The translations under genes were made by a program, and so were the position numbers. Shown here in pieces: positions 18,624-31,883 of a DNA stretch of 64,000 bases. Numbering within the stretch: the stretch's first letter is position 1; each line of letters begins with the position of its first letter. Under the pieces are notes generated by a model. The model was not told the DNA's origin, made no database searches, and saw only the letters and a program-made list of their open reading frames with translations. The stretch is from Candidatus Latescibacterota bacterium (GTDB taxonomy: Bacteria; Latescibacterota; UBA2968; UBA8231): assembly GCA_965205655.1 (NCBI GenBank), contig CBDBIJ010000029.1, positions 64,766-128,765 of the forward strand. Direction: 5' to 3'.

Positions 18624-20406
18624 ATGAGAATTACGGAAAAGCTGCTGCTCGTCTTTATCCCCACATTCATGCTCTCGGTGGTGACGATGACCTTGTTCTC
18701 CAAGCGAGCGGCCCAGCAGGCCCTGGTACACGACGTCGTCAGAAGCGGCCTGGCGATCAGTCTCAACCTGGCGCAAAGTCGCGGCATGGTGCACAGCTTC
18801 GAGAACGGCGACGAGAGGTTTCTCCTGCCAACACTGCAGAGAATCATGGAAAACACGGGCGCATTGTATGGGATGGTACTCGATCCACAAGGCTTGGTGC
18901 TGGCGCACACGAACGTGGGGGAGAAGGGTAGAAGATATGACGACGCCATCACATCGAGAGCTGTGGAGTCCGACGAGCCGGTGTACGAGTCGCTCAATGT
19001 TGACGGCCACGCGGTGATGGACATCGCCTTCCCGGCGTGGGAGCTGGAGCGCAGTCAGACGGATGAAGAGTACCTCCTGCTCGGAAGGCAGGACCTGCGC
19101 GCCAAGCGACGCCTCGGAACGATACGCCTCGGTTTGCCGCTCGAAGAAAGCCTGAAAACGGCTGACCGGATCTCCGGCCGCGTGTTCTGGATCGTAACCC
19201 TCGTCAACGTCGTCGCTATGGGACTGAGCCTGTTCTACGTGCGCAGCATCCTGCGACCACTGCGGCTCATGGCTGCGGCCACGCAGAAAATCGGCGCGTG
19301 GCGAACTGGGCGAAACGGTGAGTGTGCAGTCGCGAGACGAGATGGGGGACCTGGCGCACAGTTTCAACCGCATGAGTCGCGACCTGGCAGCCACGACCGT
19401 ATCCAAGGATCTACTCGATAGCATTCTGTCGAACATGCGAGATGTTCTCGTGGTGACGAATCCAGACGGGACCGTAAGGCTGCTGAACCAGCGCATTCTC
19501 GAACTGCTCGACCATCGTGAGGAGGATGTCGTCGGTCGTAGTGCCGCTCACCTGTTCGCGCCAGAAGAAGATCTCTTCCGGCCGCCGGGACTGATCGAGC
19601 TCGCCAAACTGGGAGCGATCAGCAGGGAATCGGCCCTCATCAAACGATCGGGAGAAAGAATTCCCGTCCTAGTCAGGGTCGCGGGTTTTCGGGGCAGGGG
19701 CGGAGACCTCGAGGGATTCATCGTCACCGCCACTGACATCGCCGAGCGCATCGAAGCGGAAGAGAGGATCAGGGAGTCTCTTCAGGAGAAGGAGATGCTG
19801 CTGAAGGAGATCCACCACCGAGTGAAGAACAACCCTGCAGATCATCTCCAGTCTGTTGAATCTGCAGTCGCTCGGCCTGGACGATGTCCGAGCCCTCGAC
19901 ATACTCGATGAGAGTCAGAACCGAGTGAAGTCGATGGCTCTCATCCACGAGAAGTTGTATCAGTCGGAGGACATGACGAAGGTCGATTTCAAGGAGTATA
20001 TCCAGTCGGCTGGCAGCGAGCCTGTTCCAGTCTTACCAGACATCCTCCAACATCCGCCTTGAGCGTAGTCGTCGACGATGTTCTGCTGGGAATTGACCAG
20101 GCCATTCCATGCGGATTGATCATCAACGAGCTGGTGTCGAATTCGCTGAAACACGGCTTCAGTGACGGCCGGGACGGTGAGGTGTCCGTCCATTTCGGCA
20201 AGGCGGATGACCGCGTCGCCCTCACCGTCAAAGACGACGGTGTCGGTCTTCCTGAGACCGTGGACATTCGCACCACGGAGTCTCTGGGCTTGAAGCTGGT
20301 CAATATTCTTGTCGAGCAGCTGGACGGGGAGATAGAGCTGACCGGAAACTCAGGAACGGAGGTCCGAATCGCGTTCGACCCGGATGCGAAGACCCCGGCG
20401 AACTGA
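18624..20406 (+). CDS. Membrane sensor histidine kinase (HAMP-PAS-HisKA_2-HATPase), split by about 3 frameshifts
   Basis: TM helices, HAMP (SRDEMGDLAHSFNRM), EIHHRVKNN, NELVSNSLKH and DDGVG in successive frames. Confidence 0.85.
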
Positions 20407-20412
20407 CGCCGA

Positions 20413-22009
20413 TCACGGAGATTCGAGGACGCGGCGAATGGTGTGCAGAAATCGAGCGGTGTCGAAGGGCTTCAACAGTACCTCCGCCGCGCCCTTCCAG
20501 AGTCCGCGCATCGGGTGGCCGGTAACGACGACGATCTTCGCTGCCGGATCGATATTGAGCAGCTCTGCGAAAGCTTCCTGGCTGGACATGCCCGGAGCAG
20601 ACAGCTCCAGCACGACGAGGTCGATATCGGGGACATGCCTGAACAGGTTCAGGCCATCCCGGCCATCCAGTCCCAGGTGGACATTGTAGCCGTGTTTCTC
20701 GAGCATGAGATCGATAATCTTGCGAGAGCGATCAACGTCGGCGATGACGAGTATGGACTCCGCACCTCTCAGTGAGGCTAAATTCTGCCAGATTTGAATA
20801 GCCGCCGTCGCCTCCAGTAGGAGGATCGTCGTTCGGCTTAGCACTCTCCGCCACCGGTAAGTAGATCGATACCGTTGTCCCTTCGGGCCAGCTTACTGTC
20901 GCATTCGATCCAGCCGCCGTAGTCCCTGACGATACCGTAGACGACGGCGAGACCCAGTCCGTTTGGGCCGTCCGGATTTCTTGGTGGTAAAGAAGGGTTC
21001 GAACATGTGGGTTTGGGTGTTGTCGTCCATTCCAACGCCGTTGTCGCTCACAGAGACGCACACGTACCGGCCCATCGCCGTCCGGGTGGATTCTACGCCG
21101 TCAGAAGACCTCGCGGCATCTGACTGATCGGCTTTTTTCTGTGGGAATTCGATCAAACCCGAGGAAATGCGAATCGCCGGAATCCGTCCCGTGGGCCTCC
21201 TCGAGCACGGCATCTCTGGCGTTCGTGCAGAGATTGACCAGACTCTGCCTCAACTGATCCCGATTGCCGGAAACGGTGGGCACGCCCGAGTCGCCATCCA
21301 CCGTGATGGAGATCTTCGCCGAAAAAATCTCGCGGCACATGCTCGCCACCTCAACGATGACGCCGTTGACGTCGATGCCGCTGTGCTCAATCTGCTCCTG
21401 CCTATAGAGCTGCATGAGCTGTGACATCAGCTTTGCAGCCGCCGTCGCGTCATATGCGGCGTCTTCGAGGAACGGTCTCAATTCATCAGGGGCCTGCATC
21501 GAGGCGAGGTCGAGATTGCCGATGACCCCGTGAAGCATGTTGTTGAAGTTGTATGCCAGTCCCGCCGAGAGTTGACCAATCGCCTCCATCTTTTCGGATT
21601 GTTTGAGACGTTCTTCGAGTCTGGCTTTCTCATTTTCGGTACCACGCTTGTAAAGAGCTATTTCAACGGCAGCGTAGAGCTCGCGCTCCTCGAATGGTTT
21701 CAAGAGGTAACCCATCGGCTCGGCCATTTTGGCCCGCTCGAGCGTGTTCTCGTCCGAGTACGCAGTCAGATAGATGACTGGAATCTGGAGCTGTCTGTTG
21801 ATCTGTGTAGCCGCTTCTACTCCATCGACGTCGCCTTCTAGCTGAATGTCCATGAGGATGAGGTCTGGACGAATCTGCCCAGCCTTGTGGATTGCGTCCG
21901 CCGCCGACGCCACCACGGCCGGCACTTCGTAACCGAGGCCTTCGAGTTTGCTCTGGATGTCGAGGGCGACGATACCTTCGTCCTCGACCACCATAATGCG
22001 CGCGCTCAC
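20413..22009 (-). CDS. Hybrid response regulator/histidine kinase (REC-HK-REC), frameshifted
   Basis: GTG start after [66 protein letters not shown] and a C-terminal REC domain. Confidence 0.8.
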
Positions 22010-22198
22010 CGATCCCTCCTTCGTAGCAGGCCCAGAATCTACTTTGCGCATGCTGCCGGCGCTACCCGAGTTCGCGCCTCCTGGTTCGCATGCAATCAGT
22101 CTTTCCCCGTTCTTAGAGAGTCGGCGTGACATCGTCATTGGCGTTTAGCGTCTGTGAGTATGATATGACTCGTCGAGAATCTTAGAGGAGAGAGCTTC

Positions 22199-23230
22199 TT
22201 GAAGGGTGTCGTCAAATATGAGCGCGGCCACGGCTTCGTCGAGCTGAGGGACGTGGAGGAGAGACCGCCAGCGCCGAACCAGGTGAAGATCGAGGTGAAG
22301 GCCGCGGGAATCTGTGGTTCCGACCTACACATCTTCCACGACACGATCGACTACGCCATCCGTACTCCCGTCGTCATCGGACACGAATTCAGCGGTGTGG
22401 TCGCCGAAAAAGGTGCCGACGTGGGGGAAGGGGTTTGCATAGGTGACCGGGTTACGGCAGAGGCGACGATAACCGCGTGTGGGCAATGCGACTTCTGCCG
22501 CACTGAATACTACAATCTGTGTCCGGAGCGGAGGGTTTTCGGCTACTACTACGACGGCTGCTTCGCCGGGTTCTGCAATGCCGTCCACGTGCACACGCTT
22601 CCGGACAACGTCAGCTTCGAGGCAGGCGCGCTCACAGAGCTACTCGCTTGCTGCGTGCACTCCGTCATCGAACAGACTTCTGTATCTGCCGGCGACTTCG
22701 TCGTCGTTCTCGGCCCCGGCCCCGTCGGCGTGTTTGCGGCGCTCGTGGCCCAGGCCGAGGGCGGATCGGTCATGCTGTGCGGCACCTCGCGAGACCAAGA
22801 CAGATTGCGTATCGCCCGAGAGGCAGCGGGAATCGAGCACACTGTGAATATCGAGGAAAGCGATCCTGTCGAGATGACGCACCAGATGACGGGAGGCTAT
22901 GGCGCCGATGTCGTGATCGAGTGTTCGGGAGCAGCGCCGGCAGTGAATCAGGCTCTCGACATGGTCCGCAGACAGGGCAAGGTGACGCAGATGGGACTGT
23001 TCGGTCGACCAGTAGAAGTCGATTTTGAGAAGATCGCCTACAAGGAGCTCGTCGTCAGCGGCGGCATCGCGCACCGACGACCCTCCTGGATGCGTGCCCT
23101 CAGACTGATGGAACAGGGGGTGATCCAACCTGAGAAGCTGATCACCCACGAGTTGCCGCTGGATGAGTGGTCCACCGGCTTCGAGCTCCTGGAGCGACAG
23201 GAAGCTATGAAGGTTCTACTGCGGCCCTGA
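22199..23230 (+). CDS. Zn-dependent medium-chain alcohol/polyol dehydrogenase
   Basis: GICGSD, GHE, CxxCxxC-x7-C and GPGPVG motifs. Confidence 0.92.
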   Translation: MKGVVKYERGHGFVELRDVEERPPAPNQVKIEVKAAGICGSDLHIFHDTIDYAIRTPVVIGHEFSGVVAEKGADVGEGVCIGDRVTAEATITACGQCDFCRTEYYNLCPERRVFGYYYDGCFAGFCNAVHVHTLPDNVSFEAGALTELLACCVHSVIEQTSVSAGDFVVVLGPGPVGVFAALVAQAEGGSVMLCGTSRDQDRLRIAREAAGIEHTVNIEESDPVEMTHQMTGGYGADVVIECSGAAPAVNQALDMVRRQGKVTQMGLFGRPVEVDFEKIAYKELVVSGGIAHRRPSWMRALRLMEQGVIQPEKLITHELPLDEWSTGFELLERQEAMKVLLRP

Positions 23231-23329
23231 AGGTGAGATCACGGGGGGGACCAAATGACAGGGGGGCTTCGGTTTTCACCTGGGCCCCTGTCGTCGTCGT
23301 CACCGGGTGTCTACACCGACTCAGGTCGA

Positions 23330-25333
23330 TCAATCGACTACCTCGAAGTCCGCGTCGACCGCATTGCCGTCCTTCTTCTTGCCAACGCCCCTTTGCGTCT
23401 GCGGGTCCCCGCTCGGATGTCCGTTTCCCGCGGCAGGCCCCGCACCTGGAGGCGGTGGTGCGGCCCCTCCCGGGGGGGCGGCCTCACCCTGGGCGTCGGC
23501 TTGCTGCTGGGCTGTCTGGTAGATGATTTCGGCGAGTTTGTGGGAGGCTGTTTTGAGTTTGTCCATGGCTGCCTCGAGGGCCGTATCGTTCATGCCGCTG
23601 CCATCGTCGCCGGCCGCCTCGAGGATCTTCTTCAACTCCTCGAGGGCGTCTGCCACCTCAGCCCGCTCTTGTTCGGGCAGCTGCTCGCCGTGCTCGGCCA
23701 GCGTCTTCTCGGTGCTGTAGACGAGCTGGTCGGCTTCATTGCATTTGTCCACCCGCTGTCGACGCTGTTGGTCTTCCTTAGCATGAACCTCGGCGTCTTT
23801 CTGCATCTGATCGATCTCCTCTGGAGACAGACCCGACGAGGCCTCGATACGGATCGACTGCTCCTTGGCCGTGCCCTTGTCCTGTGCCGACACGTTCAGA
23901 ATCCCGTTGGCGTCGATGTCGAAGGTCACCTCGATCTGCGGCATGCCGCGAGGCGCCGAGGGGATGCCGTCGAGGTGAAACCGACCCAGGGTGCGGTTGT
24001 CCCGGGCAAACTCGCGCTCGCCCTGCAACGCGTGCACCTCCACCGAAGGCTGACTGTCCGCCGCCGTCGAGAAAATCTGGCTCTTCTTCGTGGGAATCGT
24101 CGTGTTGCGCTCGATCAGATGGGTCATCACCCCACCCAACGTCTCGATGCCCAATGACAACGGCGTCACGTCCAACAGCAGCACGTCGTCCACCTCACCA
24201 GCCAACACCCCCGCCTGGATCGCCGCCCCCATGGCCACCACCTCGTCCGGGTTCACCCCCCGATGCGGCTCCCGGCCGAACAGGTCCGCCACCAGAGCCT
24301 GCACCTTCGGCATGCGCGTCGAGCCGCCCACCAGAATGACCTCGTCGATGTCCGAGGCGCTCACATCCGCATCGGCCAACGCCTGCTCGCACGGACGACG
24401 GGTGCGCTCCACCAAATCGTCGACGAGCTGCTCGAACTTCGCCCGGCTCACACTCTGCTGCAGATGCTTGGGACCAGTCTGGTCCGCCGTCACGAACGGC
24501 AGGTTGATCTCCGTTTGACCAGACGACGACAACTCGCACTTCGCCTTCTCGGCGGCTTCCTTCAACCGCTGCAGCGCCATCGGGTCCTTGCGCACATCGA
24601 TGCCCTCGGCCCGCTCGAACTCCTCCGCCAGCCAGTCGATGATGCGCTGATCAAAATCGTCACCGCCCAGATGGGTGTCCCCGTTCGTCGACTTCACCTC
24701 GAACACCCCGTCGCCCAACTCCAATATCGAAATGTCGAACGTGCCGCCACCTAAATCATACACCGCGATCTTCTCCGAATGACCGGCCCCCTTGTCCAGC
24801 CCATACGCCAACGCCGCCGCCGTCGGCTCGTTGACGATGCGCAACACATCCAACCCGGCAATCTGGCCGGTGTCCTTCGTCGCCTGACGCTGGGCGTCGT
24901 TGAAATACGCCGGCACCGTGATCACCGCCTGTGACACCGGCTCACCCAGATAATCCTCGGCCGTCTGCTTCATCTTCTGAAGCACCATCGCCGAAATCTC
25001 CGGCGGCGTATACTCACCACCACCAACCTGCGCCACCGCCAGATCGCGAGGACCCGTCGACACCTCGAACGGCACCTCGGTAATCTCCTGAGACACCTCC
25101 TCATACCGACGACCCATAAATCGCTTGATCGAAAACACCGTGTTCGTCGGGTTCGTCACCGCCTGACGCTTCGCCGTCTGACCCACCAGACGCTCACCGT
25201 CCTTGGCAAACGCCACCATCGACGGCGTCGTTCGGCCTCCCTCCGAGTTGGCGATCACCTCCGGCTCCTTCCCCTCCATCACCGCCACACACGAGTTCGT
25301 CGTACCCAAGTCTATGCCGATTACCTTCGCCAT
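23330..25333 (-). CDS. dnaK: Chaperone DnaK (Hsp70)
   Basis: [32 protein letters not shown] and C-terminal DADFEVVD. Confidence 0.98.
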   Translation of the reverse strand: MAKVIGIDLGTTNSCVAVMEGKEPEVIANSEGGRTTPSMVAFAKDGERLVGQTAKRQAVTNPTNTVFSIKRFMGRRYEEVSQEITEVPFEVSTGPRDLAVAQVGGGEYTPPEISAMVLQKMKQTAEDYLGEPVSQAVITVPAYFNDAQRQATKDTGQIAGLDVLRIVNEPTAAALAYGLDKGAGHSEKIAVYDLGGGTFDISILELGDGVFEVKSTNGDTHLGGDDFDQRIIDWLAEEFERAEGIDVRKDPMALQRLKEAAEKAKCELSSSGQTEINLPFVTADQTGPKHLQQSVSRAKFEQLVDDLVERTRRPCEQALADADVSASDIDEVILVGGSTRMPKVQALVADLFGREPHRGVNPDEVVAMGAAIQAGVLAGEVDDVLLLDVTPLSLGIETLGGVMTHLIERNTTIPTKKSQIFSTAADSQPSVEVHALQGEREFARDNRTLGRFHLDGIPSAPRGMPQIEVTFDIDANGILNVSAQDKGTAKEQSIRIEASSGLSPEEIDQMQKDAEVHAKEDQQRRQRVDKCNEADQLVYSTEKTLAEHGEQLPEQERAEVADALEELKKILEAAGDDGSGMNDTALEAAMDKLKTASHKLAEIIYQTAQQQADAQGEAAPPGGAAPPPPGAGPAAGNGHPSGDPQTQRGVGKKKDGNAVDADFEVVD

Positions 25334-25393
25334 CGCCTTACTCCCTCTTCGACTACGTAGATTTCAGGAATCTCTAAACAATGCAGTTGGAAA

Positions 25394-25521
25394 AGCAAGC
25401 CCGGTACCACGTTGGACCGATTATTTACAACTATTATAATAACAATAAATTACGTCTACTAAGCGAAACGCAAAATTAGTAGGCCTATGCTGTCGAGACA
25501 TGAATGTCTGCCAAAATGGCA
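25394..25521 (-). promoter_or_regulatory. sigma54-type promoter for dnaK with upstream dyad
   Basis: Minus-strand TGGTACCGGGCTTGCT (GG-N10-GC) at 25394-25409; AT-rich spacer; dyad TGCCA-AAA-TGGCA at 25509-25521. Confidence 0.65.
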
Positions 25522-25611
25522 CTGAATGTGCTCGGTACATCGCCGACTCTATCGAATTGACAGCGTTTTGTGGCTCCGGTTAGATTTGAGACGAGTGCGA
25601 AAGGAAAGGAA

Positions 25612-27624
<2,013 letters not shown>

Positions 27625-27681
27625 CGGCAGGAGCGAAAAGCTCCTGCGGATCCTCGGCTGGAGTGAGCCTCGGCTCCTCTT

Positions 27682-28362
27682 TCAATTCACCGCGTGGGCG
27701 CGGCGCATGACCATCTTGATCCGCGCCGCGAGCTCCTCCAGGTCGAAGGGTTTTTCGACGTAGTCGTCGGCGCCGTACTCCATCCCCTTGATCTTCTGTG
27801 GGGTGGCGTTGAGAGCGGTGATCATGATGATGGGAATGACAGCTGTGATCGGGTTTCCCTTTAGGGTCTGGCACACCTGATAGCCGTCGACTTTGGGCAG
27901 TCTGAGGTCGAGCAGGATCAGGTCCGGCTTTTCCGTGAAAGCCTTTGCGAGCGCCTCTTCGCCGTCACCTGCATCGACGACGGCATACCCCTGATTGCCG
28001 AGAAACTCTGCGAGATTGCTGCGAACGTCTTCCTCATCATCGACGACGAGCACCTTGACCGGTCTACTCGGATCGGGTGGCATGCCGATTGGGTTGCTGC
28101 CCGCTGCTGCCGCGACACCGATTTCCTGACGGGCTGCGGCGAGCTGATCGGCGATTTGCGATAGCGACAGACCCTTGAGTCTGAGGTCGCGAAGACGCTC
28201 GCGAATCTTGAGGATCTCCTCTCGGTCGAACAGATCCTTGTTGCCGCGCTTATCGGTAACCCGGATTATGCCGAAGTTCTTATACTTTCGTATGGACTCG
28301 ACGGACTTGCCGAGTGTCTCTGCAACTTCTCTAATATCAATCAGTTGATCGCTTTCGGGCAT
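27682..28362 (-). CDS. MerR-type HTH plus C-terminal receiver-domain regulator
   Basis: IREVAETLGKSVESIRKY HTH; VLVVDD..DLILLD..KPF receiver; GGAGGAG RBS. Confidence 0.85.
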   Translation of the reverse strand: MPESDQLIDIREVAETLGKSVESIRKYKNFGIIRVTDKRGNKDLFDREEILKIRERLRDLRLKGLSLSQIADQLAAARQEIGVAAAAGSNPIGMPPDPSRPVKVLVVDDEEDVRSNLAEFLGNQGYAVVDAGDGEEALAKAFTEKPDLILLDLRLPKVDGYQVCQTLKGNPITAVIPIIMITALNATPQKIKGMEYGADDYVEKPFDLEELAARIKMVMRRAHAVN

Positions 28363-28465
28363 CTGTTTGTCTCCTCCACACTTCCGGTTCCCAGGGAGCC
28401 AGGACCACCGAAGCGAGAGCGCTATCAGTAGGCGCTCTGATATAATGTACAATCACGTGGGTACG

Positions 28466-28495
28466 ATTATACTATATAGTAGCGTTTAACGTCAA
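28466..28495 (-). promoter_or_regulatory. sigma70 promoter for the MerR-REC gene
   Basis: TTGACG-18 bp-TATAAT on the minus strand. Confidence 0.65.
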
Positions 28496-28701
28496 GTCAT
28501 TGCTCGTAGATATTATCGGCATGTCATGGGGGTTGTTTAGTTTTTGCAACTATTTAAAGGCGTGTCGGCTCCCGCTCTGCGAGAAACCTCGATGGATTGA
28601 CTGGCCCGCGATACATCTGTACATTGAACCTCCCTTTTTGGGCAAGGCGAGAATACGTTTCACCCAAATCTCTGGCCGCCTAACTTTGCAACTGTAACCG
28701 G

Positions 28702-30130
28702 CGCTTTGTCCCGATCTTAGTTGAAACAGCACAGGCTCCAATCGTTACGTTTTGATACGAGAAGCCCGTTGGAAGAAGTCTCGCATCGGTAACGATGGGG
28801 AGCCTGCAATGAGCAAGCTAGTAGCACGGAAGAAGGGCGCCAAACGAACGGTGAGCATCGGCAAGGTAGCACCCGAGACTGCAGAGCAAGTAGAGGACCT
28901 GGATGGCCGGATCGAGGCGATCCAATGGCTGATTCCCTTGGGGCTGCAGGCGGTCGCGGAGGAGCTGCAAAGAGCGGTCGTTGAGTTGGCTGGGCCGCGG
29001 TATCAGCGCAAGGGGTCGGATCAGCCGTTACGCCGCTGGGGGTCTCAGCTTGGGTCGGTGTACCTGGCCGACCAGAAACTACCCGTCGATGTGCCGCGGG
29101 TGCGCAACGTGGCCAACCATACCGAGGTCCCGCTGGATGTTTACCAGGCACTGCAGACGCCTCGACAGATGGACGAAGGTCTGCTGTTGCGGATGCTGAA
29201 GGGCATCGCCACGCGCAACTACGAGGCCTGCGCTGAGGCCGTACCCGAGGCCTTTGGTCTGTCATCCTCATCGGTGTCCTGTCGTTACGTGAAAGGCACG
29301 GCTCGAAAGCTGGCTGAATTCCAGGAGCGATCCCTGGAAGGATATGATCTGGTGGCGCTATTCCTCGACGGCAAGAGCTTCGCGGACGAGGAGATCATCA
29401 TCGCCCTGGGCGTCACCCTCGACGGACAGAAGATTCCTCTTGGCTTCGTGCAGGCGGCCACGGAAAACGAGCGCGTCTGCCGTCGCTTCCTGTCCGATCT
29501 GGTCGAACGCGGTATGCAGTACGAAGCCGGACTGTTGGTCGTCATCGACGGCGCCAAGGGGCTTTACAAGGCGGTGATGTCGGTGCTCAAAGGACATGCC
29601 TGCGTGCAGCGCTGCCAGTATCACAAGCGCCAGAACGTCGTGTCGTATCTGTCCAAGAGCGAGCAGTCCGGTATGGGTCGCAAGATGGAGGCGGCCTACG
29701 GCAAACCGAGATACGAGGCGGCCAAGGCGGCACTGGACGCGCTCAAACCGGGCTTGAAGTTGATGAATCAGTCCGCCCTACACAGCCTCGAGGAAGGCAT
29801 GGAAGAGACCCTCACACTCCATCGGTTGGGACTGACGCCGATGCTCAAGGATTCCTTCCGCACCACCAACTGCATCGAGAACGTCAACAGTCTCCTGGAG
29901 CAGCTCACACACAACGTGCGACGCTGGACCAACTCATCACAGCGTCACCGTTGGGTAGCCACGGCACTGCTCGACATCGAACCACGTCTGCGCAGGGTCA
30001 AGGGCTATCGCCATCTGCCGATGCTCCGGCAAGCCATACAAGCCGAACTCGGCATCAAACAGCTCGCGATGATGGGCTGACACACTCACCCGAGCCTGTG
30101 GTTTGTTTCAACTGAAACTGGGCCTTGACA
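28702..30130 (+). mobile_element. Intact IS256-family element with 8-bp target duplication
   Basis: GTAACCGG at 28694-28701 and 30131-30138; IRs share agttgaaaca and cacaggctc. Confidence 0.92.
28809..30080 (+). CDS. IS256 (mutator) transposase
   Basis: FLDG, VIDGAKGL, QRCQYHK and RTTNCIE motifs; uninterrupted frame. Confidence 0.92.
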   Translation: MSKLVARKKGAKRTVSIGKVAPETAEQVEDLDGRIEAIQWLIPLGLQAVAEELQRAVVELAGPRYQRKGSDQPLRRWGSQLGSVYLADQKLPVDVPRVRNVANHTEVPLDVYQALQTPRQMDEGLLLRMLKGIATRNYEACAEAVPEAFGLSSSSVSCRYVKGTARKLAEFQERSLEGYDLVALFLDGKSFADEEIIIALGVTLDGQKIPLGFVQAATENERVCRRFLSDLVERGMQYEAGLLVVIDGAKGLYKAVMSVLKGHACVQRCQYHKRQNVVSYLSKSEQSGMGRKMEAAYGKPRYEAAKAALDALKPGLKLMNQSALHSLEEGMEETLTLHRLGLTPMLKDSFRTTNCIENVNSLLEQLTHNVRRWTNSSQRHRWVATALLDIEPRLRRVKGYRHLPMLRQAIQAELGIKQLAMMG

Positions 30131-30155
30131 GTAACCGGATTAAAATCAGATAGTT

Positions 30156-30911
30156 ATGGCGAAGACGAACGGTAGCGTGATCGTCGCTGTGCGCGATGTC
30201 ACTATGGTTTACAATGCCAAGAACAAGGACGAGTCGACCCACGTCCACGCTCTGCGAGGGCTAACGATGGACGTGGAGGAAAGGGAATTTTTTGCCATCA
30301 TGGGACCCTCGGGGTCTGGAAAGAGCACTCTGTTCAACCAGATAGGGGCATTGCAGACGCCGACATCAGGTGAGGTGTTGATCGAGGGAACAAACTTGGC
30401 GAGCCTGTCTCCACGGCAGCTGGCCGCCGTCCGCTGCTTCGAGCTCGGCTACATCTTTCAGACCTACAATTTGCTGCCGATCATGAGCGCTTTGATGAAC
30501 GTGGCGCTGCCGACGATTTTCGCGGGGATGTCGACGGTGGAAGGAGAGGAGCGGGCTCTGGAGTGTCTCACTATCGTGGGACTGCATGACAGGGCCCACC
30601 ACCTCCCGTCGGAGCTGAGTGGCGGCCAGCAGCAGCGTGTCGCCATCGCCAGGGCCTTCGTCAACAAGCCCCGAATCATCCTGGCCGATGAGCCCACGGG
30701 CAACCTTGATAGCAACACAGGCCAGGAGATCATCGACTACATGCGAAATCTGAATTCGGAAATGGGCACGACGATCATCGCCGTCACGCACGACGACAAG
30801 ATGCTGACGGCGGCCGATCGCGTGGCCTGGATCCGCGATGGCCGGCTCGAGCGGATCGCCAACAGGGAGGACCTGGAGATCCGCATGGGCAGTATCAAAG
30901 AGCACTCATAG
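30156..30911 (+). CDS. ABC transporter ATP-binding protein (LolD/MacB-like)
   Basis: [22 protein letters not shown] and ADEPTGNLD motifs; no permease nearby. Confidence 0.92.
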   Translation: MAKTNGSVIVAVRDVTMVYNAKNKDESTHVHALRGLTMDVEEREFFAIMGPSGSGKSTLFNQIGALQTPTSGEVLIEGTNLASLSPRQLAAVRCFELGYIFQTYNLLPIMSALMNVALPTIFAGMSTVEGEERALECLTIVGLHDRAHHLPSELSGGQQQRVAIARAFVNKPRIILADEPTGNLDSNTGQEIIDYMRNLNSEMGTTIIAVTHDDKMLTAADRVAWIRDGRLERIANREDLEIRMGSIKEHS

Positions 30912-30941
30912 CTCGACCAGCCAAACCCGCACCCAGTCCCT

Positions 30942-31880
30942 TCAATCCAAGCTGTGCTTCCGTCCGGAGTTCTGCCTCCGCCGGAACCCCTCCTGCAGAA
31001 ACAACTCCTGATTCGGAAATCCGTTGATGAGCGTGAAACCCCCGTCTACGGCGATCATCTGTCCCGTCATGTAGGGAATGTGGGCGAAGGAATACGCCGC
31101 CTCGCCGATATCCTCGGGTGTGCCAATGCGAGGGATCGGCTGTGATCCGCCCTTAGCCATGACCCCGTAGGTCTCCGAGACCAGCAGTTCGTCGCCGCTG
31201 TCCGGATCGGTGACACCGGAAGGCCGGGCCGTCATGGGGGTAGCGACGACGCCGGGCCTGAGGGCGTTGACGGTGACGTTGTACCTGCCCCCTTCAACGG
31301 CGGCGCCGAGGACGACGTGGTTGAGCCCTGCTTTGCTGACGCCGTAGGGTATCCGGAACGAGTCGGGGGCCACATCGGACACGGACGAGATAACGAGGAT
31401 GCTGCGGTGAAGAGCCTCGCCGCCTCCCTCGCTCTCATGCCTGGCTTGCTGGATCATGTGGTGTAGCGACCGCTGAACGAGACGGTAGGCGCCCATCAAA
31501 TTGAGACTGAGGACGCGTTCCATTTCCGCATCCAGATGCTCAGCGGGAGTCTCGTGAAAGCGGTAGCGCACCAACTCGCCGGAGGCGTCGCGAATGAGGT
31601 TCGACACGGCGCTGTTGCTGATCGCCACGTCGAGCCGGCCGAAGTGTTCGTAGGTCGCGTCGACGAGCCGAAAGGGCTCTTCCGTGCGAGACAGGTCGGC
31701 GCCGACGGTCAGGACGGTCACCTCGCAGTCGCGGCGCAGCTGTGCCGCGATTTCCTCGGCGCGGTCCCTGCCCGAGTTGTAATGGACGACCACGTCATAG
31801 CCCCGGGCCGCGAAGGACCGCACGATGGCGGCCCCGATACCACTGCTCGACCCGGAAACGAGGCAGACGGGGCTCGACAA
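30942..31880 (-). CDS. Short-chain dehydrogenase/reductase
   Basis: SGSSSGIG, YGVSK and VNALRPG motifs. Confidence 0.9.
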   Translation of the reverse strand: MSSPVCLVSGSSSGIGAAIVRSFAARGYDVVVHYNSGRDRAEEIAAQLRRDCEVTVLTVGADLSRTEEPFRLVDATYEHFGRLDVAISNSAVSNLIRDASGELVRYRFHETPAEHLDAEMERVLSLNLMGAYRLVQRSLHHMIQQARHESEGGGEALHRSILVISSVSDVAPDSFRIPYGVSKAGLNHVVLGAAVEGGRYNVTVNALRPGVVATPMTARPSGVTDPDSGDELLVSETYGVMAKGGSQPIPRIGTPEDIGEAAYSFAHIPYMTGQMIAVDGGFTLINGFPNQELFLQEGFRRRQNSGRKHSLD

Positions 31881-31883
31881 GGC

